From positions 1-64,000 of the forward strand of contig JBCBUK010000005.1 in the NCBI GenBank assembly GCA_039818205.1: a DNA stretch of 64,000 nt, in the 5' to 3' direction. Numbering within the stretch: position 1 is the stretch's first letter; every line of letters starts with the position of its first letter. Of the stretch, positions 47,301 to 57,391 are shown one piece after another. The position numbers and the translations under genes were made by a program. The notes below the pieces were generated by a model, which did no database searches, was not told the DNA's origin, and was given only the letters and a program-made list of their open reading frames with translations. This stretch comes from Verrucomicrobiota bacterium (GTDB lineage: Bacteria; Verrucomicrobiota; Verrucomicrobiia; Opitutales; Cerasicoccaceae).

Positions 47301-47356
47301 CGGCCTACCTTGAGGAAGGTGCCCAGGTCAAATTCGGCCTCAGCGCCGGGGAATAG
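44333..47356 (+). CDS. DUF748 / AsmA-like envelope protein
   Basis: N-terminal anchor ..GFWGVP, FNPFT.EL, repeated beta-taco-type segments, LPLELGVAILEDSNG..IDIPVQG...DPEF near the C-terminus. Confidence 0.85.
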   Translation: MPEKKKKGVIKKVSITLGVLFLLYVIGGFWGVPLALRYIGLSKLNEAVAGSGEVEAFRFNPFTWELKIEGLTGRTPDGETALSFEEFSVQVQPFSVFADAYEIKSILLKAPQLNLIVDKNGQINIQSAIGKIQEQVDEMQAEQAEKQAESDEPFVIPAIVINQLQVIEAGAKIQIDSLSEPFVREIQHVSFEMNNVSTDALHENPYDFELSTARGETLSVNGNIKLDPLSSQGKIELKDLSLADFSAFAGDQIGLAVTDGSLSVGFDYAFIPLGNNPNLGITNGSIDLTEFALTANEESEPFQTISSMSIDGLAFNILKEDISLESFEIRDSSLTVVRDSDGLLSLLKYVTTAEQQEAIAAQAQGEKQAEAKTQAREIRLGVVSDDQDLGVALTSAWNQIQQLVEIKWNLAAGKVLVSNQSLVWRDEFLARPAELRFTEINLEATELTNQENAPFPYKLSLKMNDSGTIDLDGTFTPTPAASVFNFDVATLPLVEISPYLDPLAPVRLNSGALSAQGDGNIAFPDQVVPELTAEVSSGSLADLQIDWAEPAGPLLKWSNFSFSGITAKTDPMSATISEVTLEQPEIWIERLEDGSLRLPLPAGNAAEPSAAPTSDSTPAREPAESAPAFSAMLTSFKMSGAKANIKDQSVSPAVAFSVTEVQMEAGPLAYPDVQPLKFDIGSKLADGPSGTVKIKGALEPLKPLEATEISISTAGVTLPPFSAYAVSIIGQPPTSGSVTSKLDYKITSGQIDGANDIKIKSMVFGPRPENTDAPDLPLELGVAILEDSNGVMNIDIPVQGNTNDPEFTIDRMIQYAIGNVIEKLASAPFEALGGIFPGEDGDPADYVAFEPGQSSLSVEATEGLAKLAEVLLDRPLLKLELIPSIAPEEDLGTLRTIAYQAAIDARKSQGDNDQQALESLYDALPDNLKLPAGSEITPASMEQVVRLSMPVSGEQLSTLAQTRVEVVQSALLASGTLDASRITVSAPEGAAYLEEGAQVKFGLSAGE

Positions 47357-47374
47357 TTTTCGCCTGACCAGCTT

Positions 47375-48628
47375 TTGCTTGCCATGCGGGGTGTGCCCGC
47401 ATCCACTGGATCGCTTGTGAAAAAGACCGCTCTTAGTCAACCCGACTACTTTGTCGCCATTTGCCGCGCCGGCCTCGAGCCTGTTGTCGAGGCGGAGCTC
47501 AAGGCCTGGGACCTGAAAATCGCGTTCTCGGGCAACCGTATGGTCGCCTTCCACGGAAGTGACGAAGACTTCTATCGGGCAAACATGGGGCTCCGATCCG
47601 CACTATCGATCCTCAAGCCACTCCGCAGATTTCACGCGCGCAATACCGACATGCTGTATTTCCAGTCGCGCAAGGTGAACTGGCACCAACTCTTCCCCGT
47701 GGATTCGACCATCCGCATTGACCTGAAGGGTGATTGGGGCCGCTTCGGCAACGAGCGCTTCTCACTCTACCGGATCAAGGACGCCATTGTCGACACCTTC
47801 AAGAAACTGTGCGGCGAACGGCCCTCGGTCGCGACGCGGGACGCCGACATCCACATTGTCGCATTCGCCATGAAGGACGAGGTAACGCTGTATCTTGATG
47901 GCTCCGGAGAACCACTTTTTAAACGTGGATATCGGTGGGAACACGGAGAAGCACCGCTCAAGGAAGACCTGGCCGCTGGCATGCTCCAGCTCGTCGGCTG
48001 GGATGGCTCGACCGACCTAATAGATCCTTTATGTGGAAGCGGCACATTTCTATTCGAAGGTTTTCTACTGGCAAACCGCATTGCCCCAAATCTCGATCGC
48101 GAATTTTCCTTTCAGAAATGGGATTCGTTTAACTTGCCCGCATACCGGCGCGCGAAGCGGTCGCTCGAGGAAGCCCAGCGCGATGCGGACATCAAGATCG
48201 TTGGCTACGAAGCCGACTCGGAAACATTCAATATAATGCAGCGCATCGCGCAGCGCAGTTTCCCGGCCGGTGCGTTTTCCCTGCATCCGAAAAATTTCCA
48301 AGAGGGAACGCAGAGATCGCCTGAAGCCCAAATCATCACGAACCCACCGTACGGAGTGCGGCTCAAGCCCGACGATCTCAACGCGGTTTACCGGGATCTC
48401 GGCACATTTTTCAAGGACTCGGTTCCCGGAGGCAAAGCCGCGCTGATCACGGCGGCGATGGAAGCCGCGGTTTACGTTGGCTTACCCGTCAAAGAAAAGT
48501 GGCGACTGTTCAATGGCGCAATCGAGTGTCGGTTTTTCGCCTACGATGTCCCAGTGCCCAAGCTTCGAGAAGACGAAGAACCGAAGCCCGAGGTTGCCGA
48601 GGACGAAAAACCGGAGGCTATTGAATGA
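47375..48628 (+). CDS. THUMP-domain SAM-dependent RNA methyltransferase (RlmL-like)
   Basis: GLE....EL, SGEPLFKRGYR, APLKEDLAAGML, DPLCGSGT, TNPPYGVRL; start may be GTG 47417. Confidence 0.9.
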   Translation: MLAMRGVPASTGSLVKKTALSQPDYFVAICRAGLEPVVEAELKAWDLKIAFSGNRMVAFHGSDEDFYRANMGLRSALSILKPLRRFHARNTDMLYFQSRKVNWHQLFPVDSTIRIDLKGDWGRFGNERFSLYRIKDAIVDTFKKLCGERPSVATRDADIHIVAFAMKDEVTLYLDGSGEPLFKRGYRWEHGEAPLKEDLAAGMLQLVGWDGSTDLIDPLCGSGTFLFEGFLLANRIAPNLDREFSFQKWDSFNLPAYRRAKRSLEEAQRDADIKIVGYEADSETFNIMQRIAQRSFPAGAFSLHPKNFQEGTQRSPEAQIITNPPYGVRLKPDDLNAVYRDLGTFFKDSVPGGKAALITAAMEAAVYVGLPVKEKWRLFNGAIECRFFAYDVPVPKLREDEEPKPEVAEDEKPEAIE

Positions 48629-49212
48629 AGCTCGGCCTGAGCGGTGGTATTGGCTGCGGAAAATCGACTGTCGGACGGCTTTTTGCCGAACTGGGTTGGA
48701 AACGCCTGGATTCCGACGAAATCGTGCGGGAAATTCTAAACCAAGACTCCGCAGTGCATGAAGCCGTCAAGACACGCTGGGGATCCGGCGCCATTACCAC
48801 GGATCAAAGCCTCGACCGAGCCTATATCGCCCAGCAAGTATTCCACAATCAAGCCGAACTGCGATGGTGGGAAGGTGTTCTCCATCCGCGAGTTAGGGAA
48901 ATTTGGCAAGGCGCCTTGGCCGCTGAACCCGAACGGAATTGGCTCATTGAGATTCCACTCCTATTTGAAAACGACCTGGAATCTCACTTTGATTTTACTA
49001 TTTGCGTGGAAGCCGACCAAGAAACACAACTTCGCCGTTTGGCGGTTAAAGGGCTTGACCGTGAGCAATCGCTGTCCAGAATCAATAACCAGTTACCGGT
49101 TTTAGCTAAGGTTAAACGTGCAGACTACGTTCTCTCTAATGCCGGTTCACTTGAGTTCTTGAAGCGCCAGGTTGGGCGTTTGTCTGGATTGCTGCAAAGC
49201 GCCCCGCAATAA
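48625..49212 (+). CDS. coaE: Dephospho-CoA kinase
   Basis: GLSGGIGCGKST, LDR..IAQ.VF, LHP.VR, EIPLLFE. Confidence 0.95.
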   Translation: MKLGLSGGIGCGKSTVGRLFAELGWKRLDSDEIVREILNQDSAVHEAVKTRWGSGAITTDQSLDRAYIAQQVFHNQAELRWWEGVLHPRVREIWQGALAAEPERNWLIEIPLLFENDLESHFDFTICVEADQETQLRRLAVKGLDREQSLSRINNQLPVLAKVKRADYVLSNAGSLEFLKRQVGRLSGLLQSAPQ

Positions 49213-49301
49213 CTATTTAACGTATGTGAATTCTACTGGCGATGATGCCGGTGAATTTCTCCTGATCCGGAAGTTTTCTATTTCCTGTATTGTTTTCATC
49301 C

Positions 49302-51296
49302 ATGAGTGACACTGAAGAGCAACTACTCGATCTACCCGAAGTCGAGGACCACTCTGAGCAATCTGCTCCTAAGAAAAAGGTAGCCCGCAAGCGAGCCACC
49401 AAAAAGACGGCCCGCAAAGCAGCGAAAAAAGCCACCAAGAAAGCGGCCAAGAAAAAAGCCGCGGCCAAGGACGAAGACATTCCGGAGGTATTTTCGGCCG
49501 ATCCCGATGACATCGATGATTACGGTGATCGCGAAGCCCGCGAAGAACGCCAGCACCAGGTCGCAGAGGCGAGCGCTCCCGTAGAGGACGCTCCAGCCAA
49601 AGAGCCGGCAGCCACGCCTCCAGCGGAGTCTCCCGACGAACGCCATTCAAGCGAATCGGATTCGGATGACTACCACCCGCGTGCAAAGCGGGAACACAAC
49701 CAACGCCACGGTCAACGCAACGACCACGGTCAACGTAATGACCAGGGCCAACGCAACGAGCACGGTCAACGCCGCGGAAACCAGCACCAGAAGGGTGGCA
49801 AAGGAAACAATCCGCGCTTCGACAAATCCAAACAGAAATTTAAGAAGAAAGAGAAGTTCAGCAAGGGCGGCAACTTCAAGAAGAAGGGTGGCACTTGGCA
49901 AAAAGACTTCTCCGCCGCAAGCGAAGAAGACGTCGACCCGCCGAACTTCGAAAGTCTTACCGAGTGGGACGTACTGCGGGACCCAGACGCACTCCGCAAC
50001 CTGGTCGATGAAGTCAATCAGGACGACGCCCTCGATTACAACGAGATCTATGGCTTGAAACTACCGGATCTTGAACATTGGGCCCGCGACAATGAGGTGT
50101 CCTGGGACGGGCCACCCAATCGCAAGAAGATTATCCGCGCCATTCTGGACAAGGCAGGAGAAGAGAATCGCGCCATCAAAGCTACGGGAATCGTCGAGGC
50201 TCTCGAAGATGGCTTTGGCTTCCTCGTTTTCGCCATCGATAGTTTCCGCCTCAAAACCGAGAGTCCCTACATCGCCGGATCGCTATTTAACCAGTTTGGT
50301 CTGCAGCGCGGCCATGAAATTGAGGTCATTCTGCAGGCACCGCGCGAAGAAGACACCACACCCTGTGTCGTTCAGGTCGAAACCGTAATGGGTATGGAAC
50401 CTGAAACTGCCCAGCACTTGACCCCATTCAAAGAGCTGGTCCCCTACTATCCAACCGAGCGCATCATGATGGAGTCCGAGGAAGGACGCCTCGGCAAGTG
50501 GGATAACATTTCAATGCGGATTGTCGATTTGCTCAGCCCCGTGGGCCTTGGCCAACGCGGCTTGATCGTCGCCCCGCCCCGCACCGGTAAGACGGTTCTC
50601 TTGCAGGGCATTGCCAATGCAATTCGTGCAAACAAGCCCGAGGTGAAGTTGATTGTCCTGCTCGTCGATGAACGCCCGGAAGAAGTCACCGACTTCCGCC
50701 GCAGCGTCAAGGGAGCTGAGGTCATCGCGTCGACCTTTGACGAATCTGCCGAAAGCCATGTCCACGCTGCGGAAATGGTTTGTGAGAAATCACGCCGCAT
50801 GGTCGAAGCCGGCCAGGATGTCATCATCCTCCTCGATTCGATCACTCGACTGGCACGTGCCTACAACACGACCATGCCCAATAGCGGCAAGATTCTTTCC
50901 GGCGGTGTCGAGGCCAGCGCCTTGCAAAAGCCGAAGCGCTTTTTCGGATCGGCCAGAAACATTGAAGATGGTGGAAGCCTAACGATTCTGGGTACGGCCT
51001 TGGTCGAAACCGGCAGCAAGATGGATGAAGTGATCTTCGAGGAATTCAAGGGCACCGGTAACATGGAGCTGCACCTTGATCGTGAGCTCTCCAACAAACG
51101 CGTGTTCCCCGCCCTTTCCTTCGAGAAAAGCGGTACTCGTAAGGAAGAGCTGCTTTATCACCCAGATGAAATGCAGAAGGTTTATGGTCTACGCCGTGCG
51201 ATGAAGGGCGTCGGATCCGTCGAAGCGATGGAGATGCTGATCCAGCGAGTCAAAAAGACGAAGACCAATGCTCAGTTCCTGATGTCACTTCGATAA
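49302..51296 (+). CDS. rho: Transcription termination factor Rho with long N-terminal extension
   Basis: [54 protein letters not shown]. Confidence 0.98.
   Translation: MSDTEEQLLDLPEVEDHSEQSAPKKKVARKRATKKTARKAAKKATKKAAKKKAAAKDEDIPEVFSADPDDIDDYGDREAREERQHQVAEASAPVEDAPAKEPAATPPAESPDERHSSESDSDDYHPRAKREHNQRHGQRNDHGQRNDQGQRNEHGQRRGNQHQKGGKGNNPRFDKSKQKFKKKEKFSKGGNFKKKGGTWQKDFSAASEEDVDPPNFESLTEWDVLRDPDALRNLVDEVNQDDALDYNEIYGLKLPDLEHWARDNEVSWDGPPNRKKIIRAILDKAGEENRAIKATGIVEALEDGFGFLVFAIDSFRLKTESPYIAGSLFNQFGLQRGHEIEVILQAPREEDTTPCVVQVETVMGMEPETAQHLTPFKELVPYYPTERIMMESEEGRLGKWDNISMRIVDLLSPVGLGQRGLIVAPPRTGKTVLLQGIANAIRANKPEVKLIVLLVDERPEEVTDFRRSVKGAEVIASTFDESAESHVHAAEMVCEKSRRMVEAGQDVIILLDSITRLARAYNTTMPNSGKILSGGVEASALQKPKRFFGSARNIEDGGSLTILGTALVETGSKMDEVIFEEFKGTGNMELHLDRELSNKRVFPALSFEKSGTRKEELLYHPDEMQKVYGLRRAMKGVGSVEAMEMLIQRVKKTKTNAQFLMSLR
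49707..49772 (+). repeat. 18-bp tandem repeat (about 3.7 copies) encoding HGQRND-like units in Rho
   Basis: CACGGTCAACGCAACGAC / CACGGTCAACGTAATGAC / CAGGGCCAACGCAACGAG / CACGGTCAACGC. Confidence 0.9.
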
Positions 51297-51364
51297 GCTG
51301 CCTTGTTTAATACTTTGTAAAACAAAGTTTTGAACAGATTGAGTGGACCGTAGTCATACCCTTC

Positions 51365-52084
51365 ATGAGGGTGTTACTAATCTGTTTATCGAGTTTTCTC
51401 ACGTTTATTCTGGCTGCAATCATTGTGGCCAAGCCCTGGGTTACAATTCATCACACAAAACCCATTGTAGTTAAAGGCTATGCAGAGCAACCAGTTCATG
51501 CCGACACCGGAAGCCTGACGGCATCAGTCCAATCCACTGGACAAAGCAACGCAGACGCTTACCGGCACGCGGGAAGGTCACTGGAGCGGGTTCATCAACT
51601 GGCAACCGAGATCCTGGGGGAGGATTTTGCTCTTATTGAACTGCCTGCTTCGGTCTATCCGGTCAACAAACTCAATGCCCAAGGTAAAAAAACCAACTTC
51701 GTGGACTTCTACAGTGCGTCGCGAAGCTACCGTTTCGATACGGACAACGTCCAAGGCCTGGAGAAGCTCGGGCGAGCCCTGTATGATCTCAATGCCGAGA
51801 GCATCAATATCAACGTCAACGGCCCTGAGTTCTTCATCAGCAATCTGGATGAAATTAAATTGAATCTAGTAAAAGCAGCGACTGCCAACGGCAAGGAGCG
51901 GGCCCAGATTATGGCGAGCAGTTCAGGCGAGGACCTAGGATCTCTGGTTGCCGCGAGACAAGGCGTCATCCAGATAACTAAGACCAACTCAACCGAAACC
52001 TCGAGCTGGGGCATGTATGATACGCAGACCATTGATAAAGTTGTTAAACTGGTGGTGACGCTCGAATACGACATCGGCAGTTAG
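51365..52084 (+). CDS. SIMPL (DUF541) domain protein
   Basis: IVVKGYAE..V.AD, K..LV..AT.NGKERA..MA..SG..LG.L..ARQGVIQIT, TIDK.V..VVT. Confidence 0.88.
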   Translation: MRVLLICLSSFLTFILAAIIVAKPWVTIHHTKPIVVKGYAEQPVHADTGSLTASVQSTGQSNADAYRHAGRSLERVHQLATEILGEDFALIELPASVYPVNKLNAQGKKTNFVDFYSASRSYRFDTDNVQGLEKLGRALYDLNAESININVNGPEFFISNLDEIKLNLVKAATANGKERAQIMASSSGEDLGSLVAARQGVIQITKTNSTETSSWGMYDTQTIDKVVKLVVTLEYDIGS

Positions 52085-52132
52085 GCGCTTTTCGTTGTCT
52101 CCGCCAGTGTTTCGTTAAATCGTGAATCCACC

Positions 52133-52693
52133 ATGATTCTTGATCTACTGCGGAATCCGCCGGACGGCATGAAACCCCAATTCGCCAGCAACGATACCTT
52201 CGCCATCGAGTACCGGCGCAGCGGCATGGGGTGCATGAACGTTTTCCTGATGGTCTGGTTAGCCATCTGGACCGCTGGCTGCGTGCTGATGATTCGCACT
52301 CGCATTCCCGAATGGCGCCAAGAGGGTACCGATGTCGTCCCCATTCCCGTGATCCTACTCTTCTGGGCCTTTGAGTTCGTCGTTGCTGGCATCCTGCTCT
52401 ACTTGCTTTTCTGCCGCAAAAGCTTTCTATTCGACGAGCAGCATATGGTCTTGGAAACACGGGTGCTGTTTTACAAAAAGGCTCGGATATATCCACGTAA
52501 TCAGATCCAGCAGCTCGTGCAATTCAAGGATGGCGGCGGAGGAGACGACAGCTTTCCGAGCTGGGGGCTAAAACTAGTCCACGAAGGAAAGAAGCATGGG
52601 CTCATTCACCGCCAGCCCCACGAAAAGAGCCAATGGCTAGGGAGTGTCATCGCAGCATGGGCTGGGGTATCCTTTGTGGGAGTGCCAGAATAG
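52133..52693 (+). CDS. Hypothetical two-TM membrane protein
   Basis: FLMVWLAIWTAGC and ILLFWAFEF TM segments followed by a soluble beta-rich domain. Confidence 0.75.
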   Translation: MILDLLRNPPDGMKPQFASNDTFAIEYRRSGMGCMNVFLMVWLAIWTAGCVLMIRTRIPEWRQEGTDVVPIPVILLFWAFEFVVAGILLYLLFCRKSFLFDEQHMVLETRVLFYKKARIYPRNQIQQLVQFKDGGGGDDSFPSWGLKLVHEGKKHGLIHRQPHEKSQWLGSVIAAWAGVSFVGVPE

Positions 52694-53279
52694 AGTATAG
52701 AATGTTTTGCAGGTGAACGGTTCGCGTCTCCGCAGAGTTCAACTGGCTCGCCGGGCTAACCGTGCGGCGCTCCCATGGGATGAAACCCGCGAACCAGCAG
52801 CGCCAGAATCCAAGACCAACACCAGGATTCTCATCCAATAGTTCGCGAAAACTCTGCAGGCGCCCGATCTCTCGACCCGTCGCAGCCAGATAACACTCAT
52901 ACACAAACTTCGAGCAGTACTGGCCGCGGCCGTCGTAATCGAATCCGAGGTCATACCAGATACCCATCCGCGCCTTAGCCTCGTCGCCCAAGGCTAATTG
53001 CTCTTCTGGGGACAGTGGATCAATCGGGCGACGCACTTCGAATCGGCCGCGATCGCTCCGCCGAATAAACGAGGAGACGCTCACTCGCCGAGAGCGCGGG
53101 ATCGCACTTTCATAGACATAGACATCTCCGTCTGGCTCCCGAATAACCAGGCCAACGTGGGATGTCCAACTGTTCGTTGCCGCGGCAACCTGCCGAAACA
53201 AGAGGGTTGGTACAGCGATAAAAATCAGATCCCCGGTTTGCAGCTCATCGAGATCTACGGCTTTGGGTTGCGTATTCAT
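52647..53279 (-). CDS. YebB/YiiX permuted papain-like (NlpC/P60) enzyme
   Basis: LQTGDLIF, ATNSWTSHVG (His), YDLGF...QYCSKFV (Cys); ATG 53279 preferred. Confidence 0.88.
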   Translation of the reverse strand: MNTQPKAVDLDELQTGDLIFIAVPTLLFRQVAAATNSWTSHVGLVIREPDGDVYVYESAIPRSRRVSVSSFIRRSDRGRFEVRRPIDPLSPEEQLALGDEAKARMGIWYDLGFDYDGRGQYCSKFVYECYLAATGREIGRLQSFRELLDENPGVGLGFWRCWFAGFIPWERRTVSPASQLNSAETRTVHLQNILYSILALPQRIPQPMLR

Positions 53280-53466
53280 ACCACAGAGTCTGCTAGTTGC
53301 GTGCCAGGGCGACCGCCAATTTCGCAAGCCTTTCTAGGGTAGTCATTTAAGAAACCACACAAGTCACTTCTAATTCAGCAACCCATCCAAAAACGGGCCA
53401 CTTCTCAGCTAACTATACAGATTTTGAACGGCATCTGTTCCGAAATCTTGTCCGCAACAACAGTGA

Positions 53467-55086
53467 CTACCCGCTCAACGCTTCGACCAATACCTTGGCA
53501 AAAACCGTCATCATAATCAGCGCGATCGGATAAGCTGTCGCGTAGCTGACAACGGGCGATTGCGAGTCGGTTTTCGATGTGATCGCACCAAGCGCAGGCG
53601 TCGAGGTCATGCCACCGCAAATTCCGCCCAGCGCCTGAAGAATATTCATCTTGAAAAACTTCGTCGCCAGGGGCAACGAGATCGCAATGGGCGCGATCGT
53701 GAGAACGGCCCCCATCAAGAACAGCGTAATCCCATAGGTCTGCAGGGTTTCAATCATTGCTCCCCCACCCTTGACGCCTGCATCGGCCAGAAACAGTACG
53801 AGACCAAACTCCTGCAACAGCATACGCGTTGGTCTTGGAATATGACCGACGATGCGACCAACACGGCCGAAGTGCCCGAGCACTAAGCCAGTCAAGAGCG
53901 GCCCACCCGCGAGTCCGAGTGTCAACGGAGATCCGCCGGGCAGGGTCACAGGAATCAAGCCCACCACAATGCCCAAAGCCAAACCTAACGACAACGACAG
54001 CAAATCCGTCTCTCCCATCGCACTGCTGCGGTGCCCAACGACGTCACTGTATTCCTTTAGGGCTTCGGAACGCCCCACTACGGTGAGCACATCATGAAGT
54101 TCAATCACCGTCAATGCGTTGGGGACAAAAGTCAGCCCCAAGCGAGATATGCGGGTGATCACCACGCCATGATTCTTCAACGGGGACAACTCACGCATGG
54201 TTCTTCCCGCGGTTTCCTTGCTCGTGACCAAGAGTTCGCGTTTCTCGTTCTCAACGTCACGCAGCACCGACGATTCACACCGTCGCCCCAGGAAATCGAC
54301 CACAATATTGATTTCTTTGCTACGACCAACAATCAAGAGATGCTGGCCGGCTTCGAAGACGTCATCATAGCTCAACGGCTCCAACTTGTCACCGCGCTGA
54401 ACCCGCGACACCTGGCAGCCATTAAACTGAGCCAGGCCAGATTCCGAGATGCGCTTATCAATTAAATTGGGGTTAGTGACTTCAACGAGCACGGTTTCCA
54501 CCCGCATCTCATCCTCACGAGGATCCGCAGCATCATCCGCTGCTTTCTTAAGGTCCCACTTTAATACCCGCGGCAAGACCTGGATAAAGATTACCACCCC
54601 AGCGACACCAAAGGGATAAGCAATACCATAGCCGATCACGAGCGCTGATTCCCCAGCGCCGGTCAGACTTTCGCTGGCCGCCGCCAAGGCCGGAGTGCTG
54701 GTCAGCGAACCCGCAAAAATCCCCGCTGCCAAGTCCGCAGGTACATCAAGCAGCTCCGCCATCAAGTAAGCGAGCCCTGAGCCAACCACAACGATCAACA
54801 ACGCGAGCTTCGCCAGCTGACTGCCCTCGCGAGCGATTGCCGAGAAGAAACGGCCTCCCGCACCAATGCCGACGCAGTAAACAAACAGAACCAAGCCAAT
54901 GGAACCCACCGAACTCGGCAGCGCATACTGGAAGTGTCCCGCCGCAAGTGCCGTAAAAAGAACACCGGAACTTCCCAGGCTAACTCCCTTGATGCTAACA
55001 TTGCCGAGGAGCAAACCACCGCCAATAACCACAAAGAGCGCAATGAGCTCATTGCTCATCAGTGTTTCGATGACTCCGGACTCCAT
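53467..55086 (-). CDS. AspT/YidE/YbjL family transporter with TrkA-C domains
   Basis: LGSSGVLF, LFVYCVG, GSLTSTPALAA, GGMTSTPAL; two internal RCK-C domains. Confidence 0.92.
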   Translation of the reverse strand: MESGVIETLMSNELIALFVVIGGGLLLGNVSIKGVSLGSSGVLFTALAAGHFQYALPSSVGSIGLVLFVYCVGIGAGGRFFSAIAREGSQLAKLALLIVVVGSGLAYLMAELLDVPADLAAGIFAGSLTSTPALAAASESLTGAGESALVIGYGIAYPFGVAGVVIFIQVLPRVLKWDLKKAADDAADPREDEMRVETVLVEVTNPNLIDKRISESGLAQFNGCQVSRVQRGDKLEPLSYDDVFEAGQHLLIVGRSKEINIVVDFLGRRCESSVLRDVENEKRELLVTSKETAGRTMRELSPLKNHGVVITRISRLGLTFVPNALTVIELHDVLTVVGRSEALKEYSDVVGHRSSAMGETDLLSLSLGLALGIVVGLIPVTLPGGSPLTLGLAGGPLLTGLVLGHFGRVGRIVGHIPRPTRMLLQEFGLVLFLADAGVKGGGAMIETLQTYGITLFLMGAVLTIAPIAISLPLATKFFKMNILQALGGICGGMTSTPALGAITSKTDSQSPVVSYATAYPIALIMMTVFAKVLVEALSG

Positions 55087-55272
55087 TATGTTAATAATTT
55101 CTTATTCTATGAAATTTATAAATCAGAAACACTAATCAATCTAGAACTTCGGTCAAGCGCCATTTATCCTGCTCTGATTTGGGAGATCTCGGGAAATATG
55201 TGCCCGCGCCCCAGATGTGACAATGTAAATATAGAGTTGCACCGGTCGGTGGAAGTCAGACCCTAGAGAGCG

Positions 55273-57063
55273 ATGGAGGAATCAATTTACGGGAGCATGG
55301 CTGTGATCCTTGCTTTGGGCGCGGCTGCGCAGTGGATCGGTTGGAGGATGAAGATTCCAGCAATCCTACTGCTTCTGGGCGCCGGTTTCGTCGTTGGTCC
55401 GATCACCGGCTTGCTGAATCCCAATGCAGTCTTTGGCGACCTGGTTTTTCCTATGGTGTCCGCCGCTGTCGCGATTATTTTGTTCGAGGGCGGGCTTACG
55501 CTGAAGTTTCATGACCTTCGACAAGCGGGCGTCACCATCGTTCGCCTGGTCTCCGTGGGCGTGGCCGTTACCTGGGCAATCGCCTTCGTGCTCACCCGGC
55601 AACTGCTAGGCTTCGAGCCGATGCTCAGTGCCCTCTTCGCCGCGCTACTGACCGTTACCGGCCCCACGGTAATCGGGCCAATGCTCCGCACCATCCGTCC
55701 ACGCGGTAAGGTAAAATACATGGCCAAGTGGGAAGGTATCTTGAATGACCCGATTGGTGTCATTCTCGCAGTCTTGGTCTTCGAAGTGCTCATTGCGGGT
55801 CAAGGAGCCGACGGTGGCGAGATCGTGTTGATGGGCCTGTTCAAAACCATTGTGTTTGGCGTTGGCGCTGCGTTGGTTTCCGCCGGGATTCTACTGGGTT
55901 TGGTTCGGGCGAAACTATTGCCCGAGTTTCTGCACAATTTCTTCGTGTTGGCGCTCGTGCTTGGCTCATTCAACATCGCCAATCATTTCCAGGAAGAATC
56001 GGGCCTGCTGACCGTGACTCTCTTTGGCATCATCCTCGCCAACCAAAACCATTTCGACGTCCGGCACATCACCGCCTTTAAGGAGAATCTGCAAGTCCTG
56101 CTCATCTCGACATTGTTCATCGTGCTTGCTGCACGGGTCGACCCGGCGTCGATTGAAATGATCAATCTCGGCAGCCTGATTTTTCTTGGTGGCTTGATCC
56201 TTCTCGTGCGACCGGTCGCCGTACTCGTCTCCACCATCGGCTCCGGCACCAACTGGCGAGAGCGTGTGCTGCTGATGATGCTCGCTCCCCGCGGTATTGT
56301 CGCCGTTGCGCTGACCTCGCTCTTTGCCCTCAAACTTGGCAAAGCTGGTTACGAAGAGGCCGAAACGATGCTGGCGGTAATGCTGCTTGTCGTCGTTGGA
56401 ACCGTCGCCTTTTACGGCTTGCTGGCAGCACCCGTTGCCGCTCGCTTGGGCCTATCCAACCTGGATCCTCAAGGCGTTCTTTTTGTCGGCGCACACGATT
56501 GGTCAATCAACGTCGCAAAGGAACTGAAGAGCCTGGGTGTCGATGTCGTGCTGATCGACTCTAACCGTTATCATATTTACCGCGCCAGCAAGCAAGAGAT
56601 GACTGCCTACGCGGGCAACGTATTTTCGGAGGAGTTCCTCGAAGAAATTGACTTCTCCAACATTGGCCACGCGGTTGCGCTCACGGGCAACGATGAGGTT
56701 AATGCATTCGCCCAGACCACCTTGCGCGAATACATCGAGCGCGCCGACATCTACCACCTGTTACCCGACTCCAGTTCGAATCCGCAAGATAATCAGGCGC
56801 GCAAGATGAACCCGCTCTTTGCTGAGGATGCGACCTATAACTATTTCGAGAAGCAATTCCGCAACGGCGCAACGCTTGACCACATTACGCTACGGGAGAA
56901 CTTCGATATGGCCGCCTTTGAAGACGAATACGGGTCGCGCGCCATCTTGATGTTTTGCGTCGAGGAGGACGGAACGGTCCGCATCTTCAGCGCGAAAACC
57001 AAGATCACGCCCAAGGAAGGCGCAACGCTTGTTTTCCTCAGAAAACCCAATCAGGAAAAATAA
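55273..57063 (+). CDS. CPA1 (NhaP-type) cation:proton antiporter with TrkA-N-like C-terminal domain
   Basis: AIILFEGGL, VTGPTVIGP, WEGILNDPIG, APRGIVA; C-terminal NAD-binding-like domain. Confidence 0.92.
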   Translation: MEESIYGSMAVILALGAAAQWIGWRMKIPAILLLLGAGFVVGPITGLLNPNAVFGDLVFPMVSAAVAIILFEGGLTLKFHDLRQAGVTIVRLVSVGVAVTWAIAFVLTRQLLGFEPMLSALFAALLTVTGPTVIGPMLRTIRPRGKVKYMAKWEGILNDPIGVILAVLVFEVLIAGQGADGGEIVLMGLFKTIVFGVGAALVSAGILLGLVRAKLLPEFLHNFFVLALVLGSFNIANHFQEESGLLTVTLFGIILANQNHFDVRHITAFKENLQVLLISTLFIVLAARVDPASIEMINLGSLIFLGGLILLVRPVAVLVSTIGSGTNWRERVLLMMLAPRGIVAVALTSLFALKLGKAGYEEAETMLAVMLLVVVGTVAFYGLLAAPVAARLGLSNLDPQGVLFVGAHDWSINVAKELKSLGVDVVLIDSNRYHIYRASKQEMTAYAGNVFSEEFLEEIDFSNIGHAVALTGNDEVNAFAQTTLREYIERADIYHLLPDSSSNPQDNQARKMNPLFAEDATYNYFEKQFRNGATLDHITLRENFDMAAFEDEYGSRAILMFCVEEDGTVRIFSAKTKITPKEGATLVFLRKPNQEK

Positions 57064-57365
57064 GCTTCGCTCGACTGAGTGTTGGCAAAAAGCTGGTTGA
57101 TCCCGTTCGCTTGGTCCCGCCAAGGTAGGGATTTGTTGGCGAAATCTTTTCGATAATAACGAGCGACTACTTCACTGGTCTCTCGCTCGTCCAACTCTCG
57201 CACAATGCGGCGAATTCGGTTCCATTCATAAAATGCGATCAGCCCGATCATGATCATCGAAGAATTCAACAGGCCGAAATTGAAGCGGACAAAAACGGAA
57301 AGAGCACCCAAAACGGCGATCAATCACCAATTGATCATCGGACCCACAAGTTCGGAGCGCTTCAT
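57051..57365 (-). CDS. Small membrane protein, possibly interrupted by an in-frame TGA at 57326-57324
   Basis: ATG 57365 MKRSELVGPMINW* continues in frame with LIAVLGALSVFVRF...; hydrophobic N-terminal half. Confidence 0.4.
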
Positions 57366-57391
57366 TGCCGCAGAAACTGAATCGTAGGAAC

